A stretch of 62,768 nt of DNA. It comes from a virus (taxonomy: Duplodnaviria; Caudoviricetes). The stretch spans positions 1 to 62,768 of IMG/VR virus record IMGVR_UViG_3300033233_000038. One strand, 5' to 3'. The notes under the pieces were generated by a model that worked only from the letters and a program-made list of their open reading frames with translations, had not been told where the DNA came from and did not search any database. Below are positions 27,715 through 37,552 of this stretch, piece by piece. The position numbers and the translations under genes were made by a program. The stretch's first letter is position 1, and each line of letters opens with the position of its first letter.

Positions 27715-28044
27715 ATGATAGAACTTCTTGAAGCATTTAAAACTTTAAAATCAAACAGCTATCCAGCGTCAAAAGAAGAGTATGTTGTAGCTTCAAAGCA
27801 TCTCAACATATTGCTTGATTTTGTCTCTGATTTTTTAAATCATCGAGTCCCTCTGCGCGTATCACCGCATCAATTAGGTGAATTTGCGAAAGAATGGATC
27901 ATACAAGATATAAATGGCAGGACAATGCTCCCCAATACGCCGGACTGCGGTAACGTCCATAAATTATTTCGTGATATGAATGAAGATATGCCAAATTTTT
28001 ATTGGTCATATAATCCTAAAATGAATGAAGAAGAGATAAAATGA
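27715..28044 (+). CDS. Hypothetical protein
   Basis: 109-aa ORF in the operon. Confidence 0.55.
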   Translation: MIELLEAFKTLKSNSYPASKEEYVVASKHLNILLDFVSDFLNHRVPLRVSPHQLGEFAKEWIIQDINGRTMLPNTPDCGNVHKLFRDMNEDMPNFYWSYNPKMNEEEIK

Positions 28045-28575
28045 ATCAGCAACAATATACTCTACAAATTATATTCGAGATAACTTATATAACACTGCTC
28101 ATATTATTTATACTATGGGCAACAAGGAAAGGTGGTGAGAAAAATGGCTAAGATTAAATATATCTATTTCCAGAAAGATTCATTGGATGAAAAGCAATCA
28201 CAGTTGCTCACAGAATTATTAGTGAGCAAGATAGTTGTTTTGGAACAAGATGAGAATAGCAACAAGGTTGTAGCGCGTCACGGCACGAACAAAGGCACGT
28301 TGAAAAAAATCTTAAAACAGAAAGGAGCGTGATAAGCATGCCAGAAGGAATTAACATAAAGCTTGAATTGTCGACAGAAGGGCAAGAAACCAAGAAAGGT
28401 TCTCATATCAGCGAAGAATTCAGAAATCAACCGCTTGAGAAAGTTCAGGCAATAGAGAAGTTCTTTGCCACGACAGTGAGAGAGTTTGTCTACAAGACAT
28501 TAAGAGGATAGTAGGGAGTTTTATTAATGAGGCTACGAGGCCTCATACGGGGCCTCGTAGTGGGTTGAACTTAAA

Positions 28576-28884
28576 ATGAATGAACGAAAATTGTATCCTA
28601 TCTTTAAAGAGAAAATAACAAAAGCTGATCCAAATTGTTTTTGGTATAAAATTCCTGACACTTTTAATCTTGGTGGACGGAAGCCGTTTGACGGATTTCT
28701 CGTCATACAAGGAATCCCCTTCGCCATAGAATTTAAAAACAAAGAAGGAGAACTTGAAAAATATCAGGCTTACCAATTAACTGATTTTATCAATGCCGGG
28801 GGTGAAGCATTAGTGTATTGGGCTAAGAAAGAAACGCTTGATGAATTCGTAGAAAAAATAATAGAGAAAGTAAAAGAAAAATAA
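28576..28884 (+). CDS. PD-(D/E)xK nuclease (VRR-NUC / Holliday-junction resolvase-like)
   Basis: YKIPD, KPFDGF, AIEFK and Q...L...AGG. Confidence 0.8.
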   Translation: MNERKLYPIFKEKITKADPNCFWYKIPDTFNLGGRKPFDGFLVIQGIPFAIEFKNKEGELEKYQAYQLTDFINAGGEALVYWAKKETLDEFVEKIIEKVKEK

Positions 28885-28906
28885 TAGAATAGAGAGGAGG
28901 TGAATA

Positions 28907-29161
28907 ATGAAAATCTATGTATTATCTGCAACTCTTGATTCCCAGATTACAACGCAAGCTATACCCGCCCGTGATGATTTCAGCGCAAAGGTTTTAGCGG
29001 CGATAAAGATCAATGCTTATCATGTTTCTGACAAGAGATATGCCATCGGTGGACTTACGCTTAAAGATCCTGACGGGAAAGTGATATGGGAAGTCAAGGT
29101 TGAAACGAAACCGGAAGCACAAACTGCACCAACACAAGCACCAAAGAAAGGAGTAAAGTAA
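28907..29161 (+). CDS. Hypothetical protein
   Basis: AGGAGGTG RBS. Confidence 0.65.
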   Translation: MKIYVLSATLDSQITTQAIPARDDFSAKVLAAIKINAYHVSDKRYAIGGLTLKDPDGKVIWEVKVETKPEAQTAPTQAPKKGVK

Positions 29162-29162
29162 C

Positions 29163-29570
29163 ATGGCTGAAAAAGAAACAGAGTTGCTGCAAGCAGTGCT
29201 CGATGCGCGCAAAGATGTAGAGAATTCAGAAGCAGATCTTAGCGAAGCAAATGAGCTGAAACAAAAAGCGGAAGCAGCCCTCATAGAGCACATGGATAAT
29301 GCAGATCTAAAGTCGTTTAAAAGTACGATCTTTAATTGTATTGCCGTCCGTAAGGAAACGCTCTATGTATCAATCGAGAAGGAAAAGAAAGAAGATGCAA
29401 TGAAATGGATAGAAGAAGATTGCGGCCGCGGCGATATGATTAAGCCTTCTATACATAACAGAACTCTGACTTCATTCATTTCCGAGCGGTTGAAAAAAGG
29501 TGAGGCGATTCCGCAGGAAATGTTTCGGTATTTCTTCAAACCAGAGTTAGCAATCAGTTATAACAAATAG
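29163..29570 (+). CDS. Conserved phage replication-module protein
   Basis: Coiled N-terminus and GDMIKPSIHNRTL; adjacent to the SSB-like gene. Confidence 0.6.
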   Translation: MAEKETELLQAVLDARKDVENSEADLSEANELKQKAEAALIEHMDNADLKSFKSTIFNCIAVRKETLYVSIEKEKKEDAMKWIEEDCGRGDMIKPSIHNRTLTSFISERLKKGEAIPQEMFRYFFKPELAISYNK

Positions 29571-29580
29571 GAGGCTTAAA

Positions 29581-30330
29581 ATGAGTAAAGAAAAAGACAT
29601 TGTAAAAAAAGAAGAAGGAAAAGTCGTGCCACGATTATCCGGAGATCAAAATCTTCCGGCAGGTTTTGATGAAGTAGATAAAGAGGATTTGAAAATACCG
29701 CGTCTAGCGATCCTTCAAGGATTATCACAGATCGTCGTTGAAGGGAAAGCACGCATGGGGCAGTTAGCGAATTCTCTCACCAAAGAAGTCTTTAGTGAAA
29801 GCGTTGAGTTCATACCATTGTTCATGTTTAAGACAAGAGCGAAATTTGAAAAAGGCAGAGGGCTTGTCATGTTCTCACGCGACAACGTAACAGTAACAAT
29901 GGCCATAGAGGAGTTTGCTGAATATCAAGATCGCCCCGTTGAAGAAGTCCCCGGCGCAAATTGGGAAGGAGATAATTCACCCACGTTTAATCTTGTGTAC
30001 AACTTTCCTGTGCTTTTAGTGGGGAGATTAAATGAATTCCCGATCTCAATATCACTGATGAAGACAGCAACGAAAGCTGCGAAGGGATTACTTTCTATGG
30101 CGCGGTTTTCCGGTGAAGACATGTTTGCACGGGTCTATACCATAAAGACAAAAATCGAGCAGAACGAAAACGGTACATACGCTGTGCCAGTCTTAGAGCT
30201 TGCGCGCAGGGCTACTGATGAAGAATATATCGCAGCAAGCAAGTGTTTCAATGAATGGTATCGCCGTAAGAAAGACATCTCTGTTGATCTCGAAGAAGAG
30301 ACCACTGTCAAAGAACAACCAACGGAATAA
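29581..30330 (+). CDS. Putative ssDNA-binding/annealing protein
   Basis: GFDEVDKEDLKIPRLAILQGLS motif, acidic C-terminal tail and position before the primase. Confidence 0.55.
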   Translation: MSKEKDIVKKEEGKVVPRLSGDQNLPAGFDEVDKEDLKIPRLAILQGLSQIVVEGKARMGQLANSLTKEVFSESVEFIPLFMFKTRAKFEKGRGLVMFSRDNVTVTMAIEEFAEYQDRPVEEVPGANWEGDNSPTFNLVYNFPVLLVGRLNEFPISISLMKTATKAAKGLLSMARFSGEDMFARVYTIKTKIEQNENGTYAVPVLELARRATDEEYIAASKCFNEWYRRKKDISVDLEEETTVKEQPTE

Positions 30331-30336
30331 CAAAAT

Positions 30337-30409
30337 TGCGGGGTGGTGTAGCGGCCAACACGTCTGCTTCATACGCAGAAGATCGCTGGTTCGAGTCCAG
30401 TCCCCGCTA
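30337..30409 (+). tRNA. tRNA-Met (CAT), initiator-like acceptor stem, no encoded CCA
   Basis: Cloverleaf: GCGGGG/CCCCGC, D stem GTGT/ACAC, anticodon arm TCTGC-TTCATAC-GCAGA, T arm GCTGG-TTCGAGT-CCAGT. Confidence 0.9.
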
Positions 30410-30432
30410 TTTTTTATCTAGAAGGATATTAT

Positions 30433-32997
30433 ATGAAAAATTTGAAATTGTTTATGCAATTATTCTCTGGGAGAAAAGATTCTTATGGAGTGAACCAAAT
30501 GTGTTTGAAGGAATCTCTTACTCCAGAGACATATCAGCAACATCTTGAAGGAATACGGCGTATCGGCGTATATCCGATCTTCGATAAGAAATTCACGCAG
30601 TGGCTTAGTTGCGATATAGATATTGATGATTTTAACCAAGCACTTTCAATAAAGAAACGCGCAGAGAATTTTAAAATAAAAGTATTTTTGGAACGCAGTA
30701 AAAGCAAAGGTTTTCATTGCTGGTCGTTCTTTGATAAGCCAATAGAAGCAGTTAAGCCGCGTCTCGTTTTTGAAATGATTCTTAGTGAATTAGAAATTAC
30801 CTGTGAAGTATTCCCGAAGCAAGACGAGGTGGGAGAAAATCAGTTTGGGAATTTTATATTCTTACCGTTGTTTGGTGGTGATGCAAAAAGTGGTAAGACT
30901 GTTTTTGTTGATGAAAAAAATAATATCATTATAGATGATATAAAAGATTTACAAAAGATAGAATATACAAAAGTTTCTGGCCTTGAAGAAATGATACAAT
31001 TAAACAATCTTGAACGTAAAAAGATTTTTCTTCAAGAAACGCCGGCAAGTGAAATAAAAATATCTAGTAAGCTTTTACCCTGTATAGAGAAAATTAAAAA
31101 AGGCGTAGCAAAAGGCCACCGCAATGAAGCATGTTTTCGGCTCTGCATTTTCTTGAAAGAACGCAGCATTCCTCGAGATGATATTGAAACATTAATCAAT
31201 AACTGGAATTTAAAGAACCATGATCCGCTGCCGAAAAAAGAAATATTGAATATCATCGAATCTGTTTTTAAAAACAATTACAAAAGTTATGGATGCGATG
31301 ACGGTATCATTGCCACGTATTGCAGCAAGGAAGCATGCCCTATCATACAATCACAACGACGCAAGGAAAAAATCGAACAGGGCATCATTACAATGATATT
31401 CCGTGATACTGAAGTCATGGTATTCAGGAAGAAAAATTATGAATACAGGTTATCTAATTTTGAATTTACGAAAGCAGGAAAATTCAAAGTATCATTGACG
31501 CTGTCAAGAGACGAAAAGATTTTGTTTAAAGACATTATCAACTTAAACATGGCCTCTCACCGGAGCCGCTTCGTCAAGATCTCTGATGATAAAGAAATAG
31601 ATATGGATTTAATCACCATTGAAGACCTTACTAAAAAACAGATAGAAAAAGAAGAACACGATAAGTTAACAGCCCCGAAGCAATTATACATTATGACGGA
31701 AGGAGAAAAAAATGAAGCGATTAAATTTCTTTCTGATACCCACGATCTATTGTACCGCGTTATTAATATTACCAACCGAATGGGTGTAGTTGGCGAAGAG
31801 ACGGTAAGGCTTATGGTGTATTTATGTTATACATCAAGGATATTAAGAGATCCTCTATCAATAACCGTAAAAGGAGAAACATCAAGCGGGAAATCATTCG
31901 CCTGTCAAAATATCCAAAAACTTATTCCGGAAGAAGGATACCATTTTATTACAAGAGCTACTCAAAATGCTTTCTTTCATCTTCAGGAAGATGGGATGCA
32001 ACATCGAATTATTTACATTAACGAATTGCCCGGTAGTGAGAGCGCAGATTATTCTATCCGCACCGCGCAAAGTGAAGGCGATCTCGTCTTGATGATGCCG
32101 ATAAAAGACCCTGTTACCGGTGATATGGAAACAGTAACAAAGCGAGTCAAAGGCCCTGTTGGATTCCTCATTACCACAACGAAAGCACATATGTTCGATG
32201 AAAATGAAACTCGGAATTTCTCGATATTCAGCGATGACTCACCACAATTAACAACTGCAATAGGAGCTATCACCATCCGAAAAGCTGAAGGAGAAGATTT
32301 CATAATCGATGAGAAAGAATTGAATTTATGGAAGAATGTACAGCGCTTACTTAATCCTGATTTTAAAGTAATCATACCCTATGCTAAAGAAGTATTTTCC
32401 GCATTTCCAGATAAGCCGGTACGCATACGCAGGGATCGTGAACGTTTCAGGATTCTTATATCAGTCATTACCATATTGCACCAATTCCATAGAGAACAAA
32501 AGAAAACAGAAAATGGTGGTATCAATTTAGTATCGACATTAGCTGATTATTATATCGCAAAAGTAGTCGCTGAATCTATATTAACGTACACTATCTATGA
32601 GATAGGCCCCTCAGCAGAGGAAATGTGGAAAGCGATTAAAAATATGGGTGAAAAATGGAATCCGGAAAACCCCGCAGGAGAATTTACGTTTAAATACAAG
32701 GATGTAGCAGATTTCTTGGACTGGAAAGTAGAAAAAGTAAAGAAGTGGATGTATGCGTTATTACGATCCGCTATGGTCGATTATTCGGAACATGGAATCG
32801 GTGGCCGAGGCAAGGCTTCGATATTTAAAATATCGCAGCAAGGACTTGAATGGTCAAGTGATTCTCTTGGTTTCCTTCCGGCAGTAGAAACCTTGTATGA
32901 TAAATACCCTTGCGAAAAATCTTTGTTTTATAATCCGGTGTCAGGGCACTCGATCGATCCTAAAGAAGCAAGCGCCCCTGAGGGCTTATTGGAGTAA
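30433..32997 (+). CDS. Primase-helicase (AEP-like primase, PriCT, P-loop NTPase, C-terminal winged helix)
   Basis: CDID, ERSKSKGFH, GHRNEACF and Walker A GETSSGKS. Confidence 0.85.
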   Translation: MKNLKLFMQLFSGRKDSYGVNQMCLKESLTPETYQQHLEGIRRIGVYPIFDKKFTQWLSCDIDIDDFNQALSIKKRAENFKIKVFLERSKSKGFHCWSFFDKPIEAVKPRLVFEMILSELEITCEVFPKQDEVGENQFGNFIFLPLFGGDAKSGKTVFVDEKNNIIIDDIKDLQKIEYTKVSGLEEMIQLNNLERKKIFLQETPASEIKISSKLLPCIEKIKKGVAKGHRNEACFRLCIFLKERSIPRDDIETLINNWNLKNHDPLPKKEILNIIESVFKNNYKSYGCDDGIIATYCSKEACPIIQSQRRKEKIEQGIITMIFRDTEVMVFRKKNYEYRLSNFEFTKAGKFKVSLTLSRDEKILFKDIINLNMASHRSRFVKISDDKEIDMDLITIEDLTKKQIEKEEHDKLTAPKQLYIMTEGEKNEAIKFLSDTHDLLYRVINITNRMGVVGEETVRLMVYLCYTSRILRDPLSITVKGETSSGKSFACQNIQKLIPEEGYHFITRATQNAFFHLQEDGMQHRIIYINELPGSESADYSIRTAQSEGDLVLMMPIKDPVTGDMETVTKRVKGPVGFLITTTKAHMFDENETRNFSIFSDDSPQLTTAIGAITIRKAEGEDFIIDEKELNLWKNVQRLLNPDFKVIIPYAKEVFSAFPDKPVRIRRDRERFRILISVITILHQFHREQKKTENGGINLVSTLADYYIAKVVAESILTYTIYEIGPSAEEMWKAIKNMGEKWNPENPAGEFTFKYKDVADFLDWKVEKVKKWMYALLRSAMVDYSEHGIGGRGKASIFKISQQGLEWSSDSLGFLPAVETLYDKYPCEKSLFYNPVSGHSIDPKEASAPEGLLE

Positions 32998-33000
32998 AAA

Positions 33001-33417
33001 ATGCCATACGATATAGTTATTGCTTTCAAAAAACCTTTTATTCGTTGTTCAGTTCCTTCTTGCCAAAGCAAACATTATGCAAAAAGTTATTGCGAAAACC
33101 ATTACCATAAAATTTGTTGTGGTAAGTATAGATATACTTTAGACGAATATCTTAATCTTAAAAAATCCCGACAAAAAAAAGAACCAACGAAGGATGTAGA
33201 AAAAACTATAAAAAATAAAACAGCGAGACAACTTTACCAAAAAATAAAAGAATCAAACATCAATTATTTTCAATATAAGAATATAGTAGATCTTACTGAA
33301 TGGAAATATGAGAGAGTCAAAAAACATATCCTTAAACTCATAAAACTTAATAAAATTCGATATTCCAATGAGGCACATGGTGGAAGAAATAACTTGTCAG
33401 TATTTAAATTATTGTGA
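33001..33417 (+). CDS. Zinc-finger + winged-helix protein
   Basis: CSVPSC..H..KSYCENHY; the C-terminus resembles the primase C-terminus. Confidence 0.65.
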   Translation: MPYDIVIAFKKPFIRCSVPSCQSKHYAKSYCENHYHKICCGKYRYTLDEYLNLKKSRQKKEPTKDVEKTIKNKTARQLYQKIKESNINYFQYKNIVDLTEWKYERVKKHILKLIKLNKIRYSNEAHGGRNNLSVFKLL

Positions 33418-33489
33418 TTTTTTTATTAAAACAACCTTTTTTTTGACATTTTTTTCTATGTATATTAATTACAAATGGTTACAATATAA

Positions 33490-33950
33490 GACAAACCGAT
33501 ATAAACTGGTACGGAGGCGCGTAACGGTTTATAAAATTACATAAGTTGTTGGCTGACAAATAATTATGAAAATCCTCGACGAGCTTTCATATTACTTTAA
33601 TGATAACAACGAGTTGCGTCAAAAAACCGTAAACCGATACGCTACCACACGGCAAGCATATGTATGTTTAATTTTTATTTTTCATTTTTATTTTTTAAAA
33701 AATAAATCTCTCATGTGCTTGACGGCACTGGTCGTATCGGTTTAGTGTTTTATTATAATGTTTGTTTGTTACCAATGGGTTATGGAAAAAAAAAGCAAAA
33801 ATAAACCGATACGGCTTAGTGCCACAATGAGTTACGACAAAAAAGAGCACGAAAACAGCCTAAACCGTTACGCAAAAATGGCAAAAAACGCCAAAACCGT
33901 AACGCGATAGCACTTTTTTGTTTCAGTTTTTTTCTCGGTATCGCGTTACG
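33490..33950. repeat. Non-coding repeat cluster, candidate replication origin
   Basis: TAAACCGWTACG in both orientations (33520, 33630, 33733, 33802, 33861), CAAYGRGTTRYG copies and a terminal inverted repeat. Confidence 0.7.
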
Positions 33951-33993
33951 ATAAAGAACTTAAAAAAGTTTTAAACAAAGGTACATATAATAT

Positions 33994-34287
33994 ATGGATA
34001 ATAACATTGACAATTTTAAAGCAGCACACGAACGGTTCACCAAGGCCCTCAAATATATAAGCAATAAGAATGAGGGATTAAGGAATGATCCTAAGCGCTG
34101 GGCTAAGATAAAACTGAATTTCACGGAACGATTCGAAAAGCCGCTTGACAGCGCATGGGATGCGCTTACTAAAGAGGAAAAGAAAAAATTTTCTTCTATC
34201 TATTTACATAAGAAAGTAATACAGGAAGAAATCGTTCAAAAAGCATTGAAAGTATTCAGCGGAACAGTTATCGCTATTGAAGAATGA
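33994..34287 (+). CDS. Hypothetical protein
   Basis: 97-aa ORF after the repeat region. Confidence 0.65.
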   Translation: MDNNIDNFKAAHERFTKALKYISNKNEGLRNDPKRWAKIKLNFTERFEKPLDSAWDALTKEEKKKFSSIYLHKKVIQEEIVQKALKVFSGTVIAIEE

Positions 34288-34983
34288 GAAAGGAAAAATG
34301 AGACCAAAAATTACGTGCCGGATATGTAAAGAATACCATTCAGCAACGAGTAGGTATTTTCCATTAACGATCCGCGAGAAAGCAACAAATAAGGACGGCA
34401 GTGTGGATGACCGGATTATAGGGTATATTTGCTTGAAATGCGCAAAGAAAGAAAGAAGGAAACAACTTGGCAATACCTCATCAAGTCGATGTTGACCCGC
34501 AATATGCCAATAACGGCGTCCCCGTGCCCCAAATTCGAGTTCACACCCCTAAAACGACCGGTAGCCACGTTAGAAAACTGTTCACATGCTATTTTTCATA
34601 ACATAAGAATATACAATCCAACGACTTCCGTAAGAATTCATATCATAGAATCTAAAAGGCATACTTTAGAACTTCTTTTATCCTTGGGCTTTACAGAAAG
34701 GATTCAGTAATGTTCTTCCATATCATTCTCATCCTTGCCGGCCTGTATCTTGGCTACATAATCGCCAATATCATTGACAACAAAAGAAAGAAAAAACAAC
34801 GCATTGATTCATTCTCGAACAAAGTAGCGCAACTGAGAAAAGAAAAGCAATATAAGGGAGGCATAGAAATAAAACATGATTAATCTAAATTGCAATGATA
34901 TATCATTACCTATTGTAGTTATGTTATTTATTATATCTATATTATTAATATATATACTATGTACTATAAGGAAATGAGGATAT

Positions 34984-35241
34984 ATGTTTAAACAGATTAC
35001 ATTAAAAGGCGGCGCTATCGTTAATATCGATACCGGCAAAATTGATAAATGTGATGGATGTGGTGATCTTATATTCTGGGGGGTTACTAAAAATGAGAAA
35101 AGAATTCCTCTAAAACAAGATGAAACAACAGGAGAATTTTTCGCGCACTTCGCTGATTGCCCGTTCGCCGATGAATTCAGAAAAAAAGGAGGCACTAATG
35201 CCAAAAAAAAGAGTGAGAATCACGAAACAAGAGAAGCTTGA
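34984..35241 (+). CDS. Zinc-binding phage protein
   Basis: CDGCG..I.W and HFADCP. Confidence 0.65.
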   Translation: MFKQITLKGGAIVNIDTGKIDKCDGCGDLIFWGVTKNEKRIPLKQDETTGEFFAHFADCPFADEFRKKGGTNAKKKSENHETREA

Positions 35242-35404
35242 TTTTATCGAAAGGCATAAAACATTGATTGATAGCGTTGGAATAGATAATATCGAAGTTA
35301 CCGAGATTGCTCGACGGGAATTAAATTATTCAAAGACTACGTACTGGCGGGATATCGGATACGCTTTAAAAAAAGCTCAAAAACAAAGTCAGGAGGTGAT
35401 GTAA

Positions 35405-35587
35405 ATGGATACAATGTACGTAATCGCAGTTTCGATTTCACTTATACTTGTTTATTTTATTCCTGCGATAGTGGCATCGCATAAGAAACATAAACAACAA
35501 ACTGCTATTTGTATTTTGAATTTAGTTTTTGGCTGGACTGTATTGGGATGGCTTATCGCATTGATCTGGGCGTGTACGAATGATTAA
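35405..35587 (+). CDS. Superinfection immunity protein (T4 Imm family)
   Basis: YFIPAIVA..KKH and NLVFGWTVLGWLIALIWA. Confidence 0.88.
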   Translation: MDTMYVIAVSISLILVYFIPAIVASHKKHKQQTAICILNLVFGWTVLGWLIALIWACTND

Positions 35588-35592
35588 ATTAG

Positions 35593-35626
35593 AAGGCGCC
35601 GTGGCATTTGCCATAGCGCCTTTTTC
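35593..35626. terminator. Terminator between the convergent arms
   Basis: AAGGCGC...GCGCCTTTTT hairpin where the + and - arms meet. Confidence 0.75.
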
Positions 35627-35630
35627 TTCC

Positions 35631-35873
35631 TTATAACAGCCCTATCTTTTTCAGCACCGCATCTTTTGCGTTCGATAGCCATTCATAAGCTTTATTGATT
35701 AATGCGCGCAGTGAATTTACAACCTGCTTGAATTTCTCAATCGGGATCACCGGAAATAGAATGTCCGCGATAAGCGTCAACGTTTCTTTCAAAAGCTTTA
35801 ACACCGCTTCCGCGATCCCTAAGATCGTCGGCAGAAATACGGTCACCCATGCTTTTAGTTTATTAATCATCAT
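35631..35873 (-). CDS. Small amphipathic protein (possible lysis module)
   Basis: Hydrophobic 80-aa ORF at the end of the late arm. Confidence 0.5.
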   Translation of the reverse strand: MMINKLKAWVTVFLPTILGIAEAVLKLLKETLTLIADILFPVIPIEKFKQVVNSLRALINKAYEWLSNAKDAVLKKIGLL

Positions 35874-36064
35874 TGCCTCCTTTTTTTATAATTTCTAGCT
35901 CAAGTTTTCTTAATTTCAGATCGAGTTCAGCAAAATCAACTCTATCCCTTGAGTCAATAATTCTTTTTATATTCCACCTTGACGACGGATTTTCTACTAT
36001 CCGCATTAATATTTTCTCAAAAATTTCTAACTGTATATCGAAAGATATTTCGTTTATCTCCATA

Positions 36065-36310
36065 TTATTTCCTCATAATAAACTCAGTTATTAAAATACC
36101 GCATATGGTAGTTAATGTCGTGATGATCCAAAGGACACTCCATGACGGCCTTCGGGAAGACATTTTATCAGCGATAATTTCTAGTTTTGTATAGATGCTT
36201 TTTAGATGGTTATCTTTTATGTCATGCATGAACTCTTTGAAGTTTTTATTCGCTTCTACTAATTCTCCCAATGTTTTTTCTTGTGTGCATTTATGTTCTT
36301 CAGGAGACAT
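36065..36310 (-). CDS. Holin-like membrane protein
   Basis: Coiled N-terminus with a single C-terminal TM segment. Confidence 0.45.
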   Translation of the reverse strand: MSPEEHKCTQEKTLGELVEANKNFKEFMHDIKDNHLKSIYTKLEIIADKMSSRRPSWSVLWIITTLTTICGILITEFIMRK

Positions 36311-36327
36311 AAGTTATTTCCTTTCTT

Positions 36328-37080
36328 TTAATCATTCTTTAATTCTGCTACCAACTTCTTCGTTGTCGAATCTTGTTTTCTCGACATAGCAGTCATAAAA
36401 TCTTTTTTGAGAGCTATAATCGCGGAAGCAACTGATTGTGCTACGGTGTAGGCGTGTTGCGCTGTTTCTAAAGAAGCTGCCCGGGCTTGGAGATCGATTA
36501 TGCCTGAAGAAAGAGTTAATGATTGCTGAGCAGCATCAGCAGTTCCTTTTGCAGAAGCTATTGCTGAATCAAAAGCAGCCAAGCCCTCATCAATCCCTAA
36601 TACTATCTTTTTAGCATCTGCGGAAAGCTCATCCTTCTCCTCTTGAACATTTTGTAATTGACTATTAGCATTTTCAACTGCTTTCTTAAGCGTTCCTGAA
36701 ACTCTTTTCCAAACAATCAAAAGAATACCGCCAAGAGGCGGCCATGCTAATCCTACGAACACTAACAACATCCCGAATACGCCGAGATTCTTAATCTTCT
36801 GCCATAACGTTAACTTCGGCTCTTCACTACTATCTAAAGAAGACTCTTCGCTCTTTGTAGCATACGCAACATATTTATTACCTTTCTCATCGGTATAATA
36901 AAGAACTGGCTTACTTTCTTCTTTCTTTATCATCGACTGTTTAATCTTTCGTGGTGTGTTGCTAATTCCCAACATACTTGTTGCAGGTTTCCATAACAAA
37001 ACACCCCCAAGAAAAGCAGCAACAATAAACAAGATAACAGTTGCTTCTACTATTCCTTTTTTACCGGCATGTCTCATCAT
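36328..37080 (-). CDS. Membrane protein with coiled coil
   Basis: Two hydrophobic segments and a long Ala-rich helix. Confidence 0.6.
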   Translation of the reverse strand: MMRHAGKKGIVEATVILFIVAAFLGGVLLWKPATSMLGISNTPRKIKQSMIKKEESKPVLYYTDEKGNKYVAYATKSEESSLDSSEEPKLTLWQKIKNLGVFGMLLVFVGLAWPPLGGILLIVWKRVSGTLKKAVENANSQLQNVQEEKDELSADAKKIVLGIDEGLAAFDSAIASAKGTADAAQQSLTLSSGIIDLQARAASLETAQHAYTVAQSVASAIIALKKDFMTAMSRKQDSTTKKLVAELKND

Positions 37081-37090
37081 ATACCTCCTT

Positions 37091-37549
37091 TTAAATAAAG
37101 AAGACCAAACTTCCTACACCTAACCCCACCAATCTCTCTACAATCTTAACATTCCAATGCTTGTATTCACCAATAGCATTTAATCCAAAGTTAATTACAA
37201 CATACAAAAGATACTTCCAAAATCCAATTACTGATAGGATCAAAGAAGCGCCAATTAAACCATACAATGCACCAGCAAGACCACGTATAATCCACGAGGA
37301 TTTAATTCCAATTTTATAGCACAATCGAGCAAGTAGGCTACCTTTTTCATCTTCCGAAGGTATGCCGTATCCGATTTTAATTATCTGATAACATCCAATA
37401 CTAAAAATTCCAAGAAAGGGATGTCCTCGAAATACGATATACCCGCCAAGAATTATTGGTATCAAAGTATCTCGTAACCAAGCATATTTATTGCCACCTT
37501 GACGCCATAATTCAATACAAAGAAAAAGGATGAGAAGTTTTGGGAACAT
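37091..37549 (-). CDS. Multi-pass membrane protein
   Basis: Several hydrophobic stretches. Confidence 0.6.
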   Translation of the reverse strand: MFPKLLILFLCIELWRQGGNKYAWLRDTLIPIILGGYIVFRGHPFLGIFSIGCYQIIKIGYGIPSEDEKGSLLARLCYKIGIKSSWIIRGLAGALYGLIGASLILSVIGFWKYLLYVVINFGLNAIGEYKHWNVKIVERLVGLGVGSLVFFI

Positions 37550-37552
37550 AGT

